Below are positions 60,120-64,000 of a DNA stretch of 64,000 bases, piece after piece. The notes under the pieces are model-generated. The model saw nothing but the letters and a program-made list of their open reading frames with translations, did no database searches and had not been told where the DNA came from. The translations under genes were made by a program, and so were the position numbers. The DNA comes from Candidatus Levyibacteriota bacterium (GTDB taxonomy: Bacteria > Patescibacteriota > Microgenomatia > Levybacterales > UBA12049). The DNA lies in contig JACPLF010000006.1 in NCBI GenBank assembly GCA_016186645.1, forward strand, positions 46,312-110,311. Direction: 5' to 3'. Numbering within the stretch: position 1 is the stretch's first letter; each line of letters starts with the position of its first letter.

Positions 60120-61777
60120 GATATTTTCTTGTAGTTATTATAATTCTCTTTATTTACTTACCATGGTTTCAGTTTTCGAAAACTTTATCAAGCGGAGATT
60201 GGCCATATTTGTTTGTAGAAAATATTCAGGCGTTTAAGATTCCAACAGATCTGCCCTTTCTGTGGCTTGAGCCTTACTATCAGCTGACAGCCAAGCTTGG
60301 AGTTCAGTTTTTTTCTTTGCCTTGGGAAGCAGCAGAGAAGATCTTTTGGTTTTTTCCATTTTTGGTAATTAGCTTGGTATCTTCATATTTTTTCTTAAAA
60401 TACCTAGCCTATAAATTTGAGATTGATGGCAAAGAATCTACGATTTTTATATCGCTAGGAAAAATTATTTTTACAGCAAACACTTATATTCTAATGTTGG
60501 TTGGCGGAGGGCAGATGGGAGTTGCAATCGCTTACTCCATGATCCCTCTTGTTTTCCTATTTTTTTTGAAACTTATTGATTCAAATAGTTCTTCGAGTCT
60601 TAATTCAAAATTCAAAATTCAAAATTCAAAATTATATATTTTTGCAATTTTGGCTTTGGGAACCCAATTAATGTTTGATCCGAGAATATTCTTATTGAGT
60701 GTATTTATCGCAGCTCTATATATTTTATTCAGATATAAAGAATTTAATGTAAAAATTTTAAAAAGAATTCTTGTAGTTTTAGTTCTAACTATTGCAACCA
60801 ACTTGTTTTGGATTTTACCTAATTTTGGTTATTTTAATACAGAATATAAATCTGCAATCGACGCAGCAAACGCAGATTTTCTAAGTTTTGCAACCTTTTC
60901 AAATTCAATTTCTCTTTTACACCCAAATTGGCCGGAAAATATATTTGGAAAAATCGGGTTTATGAAACCAGAGTTTATTTTAATACCTATTATTGCATTT
61001 TCCTCCCTTATCTTAGGCAATTCAACAATGAAACAATTTAACAATCGCATAGTCTTATTTTTCGCCTTTTTAGGAATTTTGGGAGCATTCTTTGCTAAAG
61101 GTACAAATCCTCCATTCGGAGAATTATATGGATGGTTATCGAATTTTCCGGGATTTTCTGTCTTCAGAGATCCAACGAAATTTTACATTTTAATAGCGGT
61201 TTCATATATGGTATTAATACCTTTAAGTTTATATAAACTCAGTGAAAAAGTATCAAGTATTAAGTATCCCCCCTTCGCCAAGGCTTTGGCGGGCAGGCAA
61301 GTATTAAGTATAGTTTTTATGGCATTTTGGTTAATAACAATTCATCCTGCTATGCTGGGAAACTTAACGGGAACTTTCAAGCCGCATGATGTTCCAAAAG
61401 AATATATTAGTCTTAAAAACTTTTTGTATTCTCAGACGGCTTTTACAAAAACACTTTGGGTTCCACAGATTGAAAGATTTGGTTTTAATTCAAGGACTAT
61501 TCCTGCGATATCTTCAATGGAGTTGTTTGGAGTAAGTTCCGTCTCCGAAGTATTGGATAAATTTAATACGTTAGAGACAAAAAAACAATTAATAGATGAA
61601 GAAGTAAAATATATTATTATTCCCTATGACTATCTGAAAGAACTTTTCTTAACAGAAAGAAAATACGATGAAAAGTTATATACGGCAACCATTAATAAAT
61701 TGGGAAAAGTTAACTGGCTTTCTGAGATGGAAAGTAAAAGCTTCGGAAAAATTAAAGTGTTTAAGTTATTAGATTAG
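60116..61777 (+). CDS. Polytopic membrane protein, putative GT-C-type glycosyltransferase; contains an in-frame heptanucleotide repeat
   Basis: 553 aa with more than 10 hydrophobic segments; N-terminal LPWFQF...GDW motif similar to the 50126 and 56384 proteins. Confidence 0.5.
   Translation: MRYFLVVIIILFIYLPWFQFSKTLSSGDWPYLFVENIQAFKIPTDLPFLWLEPYYQLTAKLGVQFFSLPWEAAEKIFWFFPFLVISLVSSYFFLKYLAYKFEIDGKESTIFISLGKIIFTANTYILMLVGGGQMGVAIAYSMIPLVFLFFLKLIDSNSSSSLNSKFKIQNSKLYIFAILALGTQLMFDPRIFLLSVFIAALYILFRYKEFNVKILKRILVVLVLTIATNLFWILPNFGYFNTEYKSAIDAANADFLSFATFSNSISLLHPNWPENIFGKIGFMKPEFILIPIIAFSSLILGNSTMKQFNNRIVLFFAFLGILGAFFAKGTNPPFGELYGWLSNFPGFSVFRDPTKFYILIAVSYMVLIPLSLYKLSEKVSSIKYPPFAKALAGRQVLSIVFMAFWLITIHPAMLGNLTGTFKPHDVPKEYISLKNFLYSQTAFTKTLWVPQIERFGFNSRTIPAISSMELFGVSSVSEVLDKFNTLETKKQLIDEEVKYIIIPYDYLKELFLTERKYDEKLYTATINKLGKVNWLSEMESKSFGKIKVFKLLD
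60602..60633 (+). repeat. (AATTCAA)x4.5 tandem heptanucleotide repeat inside a coding region
   Basis: Read directly: aattcaa aattcaa aattcaa aattcaa aatt; encodes NSKFKIQNSK. Confidence 0.9.
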
Positions 61778-62377
61778 TTATTTCTCCCCTAAGACAAGTA
61801 TCCAAGGGAAAGGAAGTTTTACTGTTTTTACCTTTACCTCATTTTTTTTAAGAAAATTTAAAAAAGATGCAATTGCCCAATGATTTATATGTCCAGGATC
61901 ATTTCCAAGCCGTGACAAATTCTTTCCTCTCATGAAATTACCCAGCATAAAGAAAGGTTCATTAGGGATAGAGATCAAAACGTGTTTTTTTGACGTTCTT
62001 AATACTTCGCTAAGTACTTTTGCGGGACGTTCCAAATGTTCCAGTACCTCAGTGCAAACAACAAGATCAAAAGAATTATCTTTATAGGGTAGCTGATAAG
62101 CGCTTCCCTCTTTGAATGTTAAGTTTGGAAAGAGTTCTCTTCCAAGAGCTATTGCTTCCTTTGAATGCTCAACCCCCTCTATTTTTTTACCTACTCCAAA
62201 TTTAGCTAACTTATCCATGGTAAATCCTTCCCCACAGCCAGCGTCAAGAATTGTTTGTGGCGATAAAGGTTTTGCCAAGGCAATTAGCGATGAGTAAAAG
62301 TTACTGATTAACAATCTTTGTAAGGGGTTTTTGCTAGTATGTTTGACGAAATTAGTAGGTAGAGAAGTTTTTGTCAT
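61778..62377 (-). CDS. Class I SAM-dependent methyltransferase
   Basis: ILDAGCGEGF motif I; VVCTEVLEHLERP. Confidence 0.8.
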   Translation of the reverse strand: MTKTSLPTNFVKHTSKNPLQRLLISNFYSSLIALAKPLSPQTILDAGCGEGFTMDKLAKFGVGKKIEGVEHSKEAIALGRELFPNLTFKEGSAYQLPYKDNSFDLVVCTEVLEHLERPAKVLSEVLRTSKKHVLISIPNEPFFMLGNFMRGKNLSRLGNDPGHINHWAIASFLNFLKKNEVKVKTVKLPFPWILVLGEK

Positions 62378-62418
62378 TTAATGGGTTTTGTGTAATAATT
62401 CATTATAGATAAAACATA

Positions 62419-62634
62419 ATGAAGATACAAGATATAGCTTTTTTTGTGGTTTTGGCCTTATTGATTTTTAAACGTAATCCCAAGCTTGCAGTATTTTGCG
62501 GAATTCTGTGTCTTTTCTTGTCAATTCCTCTTTTTTCTTTCTGGATTTTCTTCACAGCAGAACGACTTACATGGTATGCCGCAGCATTTTTTTTCCTAGC
62601 GATTATTTTTTATTTGTTTAAATTCAAAAAATGA
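62419..62634 (+). CDS. Small membrane protein, hypothetical
   Basis: 71 aa, two or three hydrophobic helices; ATGA overlap with the downstream EamA gene. Confidence 0.4.
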   Translation: MKIQDIAFFVVLALLIFKRNPKLAVFCGILCLFLSIPLFSFWIFFTAERLTWYAAAFFFLAIIFYLFKFKK

Positions 62635-63500
62635 GCGATAAACAAAAAGCCCTCGTTTTTATCTTATTAGCGTCTGTCTTAGGAGGAGCGACACAAGCCG
62701 TTATAAAGATTGGTCTTGTGAGTATTCCTCCTTTGGCTTTTGCTTTTATTCGCTTTTTAATTGCAGGAGTTATTATTTCCCCTTTTCTTTTGAAAACTAA
62801 TTTTTTTAAGGATTTAAAACAACTTATACCCTTTTCCCTATTAGGGACGATCAACATTGTATTTTTCATCTTAGGAATTAAAACAACAACTGCAACAATT
62901 GGTACATTGCTATATGCAGGAGTTCCCCTTTTAACAGCCATATTCCTTTTTATTTTGTTTGGAGATCGATTGAATCAAAGAAAAAAAATCGGCATAGCAC
63001 TTGGATTTTTGGGAGTAGTGCTTGTGGCCTTGCTTCCAGTTCTTGAAAAAGAAGTAAAATTTTCCGGTGATCTTTTAGGAAACATGCTTATTAGTATGGG
63101 TGTTGTTTCTTGGTCTTTGTATATGGCGTATTCAAAAAAGAAGCTACAATCTTTTTCTCCGTTCGTTGTTACCTCAGCTTTTATATGGGTAACTTGCATA
63201 GGACTATTTCCATTATTTCTGATTGAGTTAACCTTTTATCCTAATTGGTGGCAGAAACTAACATTTTCCGGCGCTTTGTCTTTGAGTTATATAAGTATTA
63301 TTTCAACTATTATAGTTTATCTGTTAAATCAGTACGCAATAAAGCATGGGGGATCTATTTTGGCTTCCATGCAATTTTATCTTCTTCCAATTTTTGCGTA
63401 CTTATCAGCTTTTTTTCTTTTGGGAGAGCAACTAACAACAGGACTTATTATTGGTGGAATATTAGCGCTTTTGGGAGTTTATATTACAACTAAGAAATGA
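62631..63500 (+). CDS. EamA/DMT-superfamily transporter
   Basis: 289 aa, 10 predicted TMs, duplicated EamA-like halves. Confidence 0.8.
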   Translation: MSDKQKALVFILLASVLGGATQAVIKIGLVSIPPLAFAFIRFLIAGVIISPFLLKTNFFKDLKQLIPFSLLGTINIVFFILGIKTTTATIGTLLYAGVPLLTAIFLFILFGDRLNQRKKIGIALGFLGVVLVALLPVLEKEVKFSGDLLGNMLISMGVVSWSLYMAYSKKKLQSFSPFVVTSAFIWVTCIGLFPLFLIELTFYPNWWQKLTFSGALSLSYISIISTIIVYLLNQYAIKHGGSILASMQFYLLPIFAYLSAFFLLGEQLTTGLIIGGILALLGVYITTKK

Positions 63501-64000
63501 AAATAAAAATAAATTTTTCTAATAAGTTAATTAAGACTTTAATTTTTTCCTTCCTTCTTTTGCCTTTTTTTATATTACTTTTCAAGATTTCTTACCAGAG
63601 ATTTGCGATGTTTGGATGTTTTGATGAGTGCTTTAATTACCTCGCCGGCTATTTCATGTTTGATGGAAAAATATTATATAAAGATATTTTTTTTCACCAT
63701 CAAATGTTAATGCCATACCTAAGTTACGTAATACATCTTATCTCTCATCCGGATTCCATCTATCAATTAGTTCTTTATCATCGCATGTTCATATTCGTCT
63801 TTGCTTTTTTAATGGATTTGTTTATTATCTATCGTTTTGGTAAGCCAGGAGTTGGTTTTGTTCTTTTATTTGAAGCCACAAAATTTTATTTTATGGGAAG
63901 TCTTTTTCTTCCGGAATCTCTAGTCGTATATTTGCAGGTATATTTACTTGGATTGTGTTGGGTAAAATTGACCGGAAAAAACCTATCTTCCTTTGATTAT
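63497..64000 (+). CDS. Polytopic membrane glycosyltransferase-like protein (family B), 3' end outside the window
   Basis: ATGA overlap with the EamA stop; open to the window end. ILYKDIFFHHQ... aligns with LILFKDIIYHHTQ of the 30554 protein. Confidence 0.55.
   Translation, partial: MKIKINFSNKLIKTLIFSFLLLPFFILLFKISYQRFAMFGCFDECFNYLAGYFMFDGKILYKDIFFHHQMLMPYLSYVIHLISHPDSIYQLVLYHRMFIFVFAFLMDLFIIYRFGKPGVGFVLLFEATKFYFMGSLFLPESLVVYLQVYLLGLCWVKLTGKNLSSFDY

Noticed and set aside
60602-60633. Possible CRISPR-like repeat
   Set aside because: It is a 7-nt microsatellite with no spacers, and there are no cas genes. It is not a CRISPR array.
1-64000. Genomic island or mobile element interpretation of the whole locus
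   Set aside because: I see no integrase, transposase, tRNA gene or flanking direct repeats inside the window. Composition is uniform apart from the 120-nt GC-rich element.

Overview
This AT-rich window (roughly 30% GC) is a single 64-kb glycan-biosynthesis locus. Genes are tightly packed, with many ATGA or TAATG start/stop overlaps, and resemble an uncultivated CPR/Patescibacteria-type genome. I found no rRNA, tRNA, CRISPR array, transposase or integrase. About 55 ORFs are almost all glycosylation-related: at least 11 large polytopic GT-C-type membrane proteins in several paralog families, some with discoidin-like C-terminal domains; 9 GT2 enzymes, three of them polyprenyl-phosphate GtrB/ArnC-like; 6 GT4 enzymes; about 9 class-I SAM methyltransferases; and 8 SDR epimerase/dehydratase/reductases. 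There are also 3 DegT-family enzymes (two with a His-for-Lys substitution pointing to 3-dehydratase chemistry), GDP-mannose dehydratase- and fucose synthase-like SDRs, an MBOAT plus DltD-like pair, a CE4 deacetylase, an RmlC-like cupin, a split mini-transketolase, a flippase and an EamA transporter. Points worth a second look: a tandem GT-C paralog pair sharing a perfectly identical 141-nt tract that ends at an A9 homopolymer and an 89-nt deletion, leaving the second copy split but one slip from intact; an in-ORF heptanucleotide repeat (AATTCAA x4.5); a GC-rich structured intergenic element; and a shared ATTGTGTTATAAT promoter-like motif at divergent gene junctions. Together these suggest a polyprenyl-phosphate-linked extracytoplasmic glycosylation system with built-in variability.
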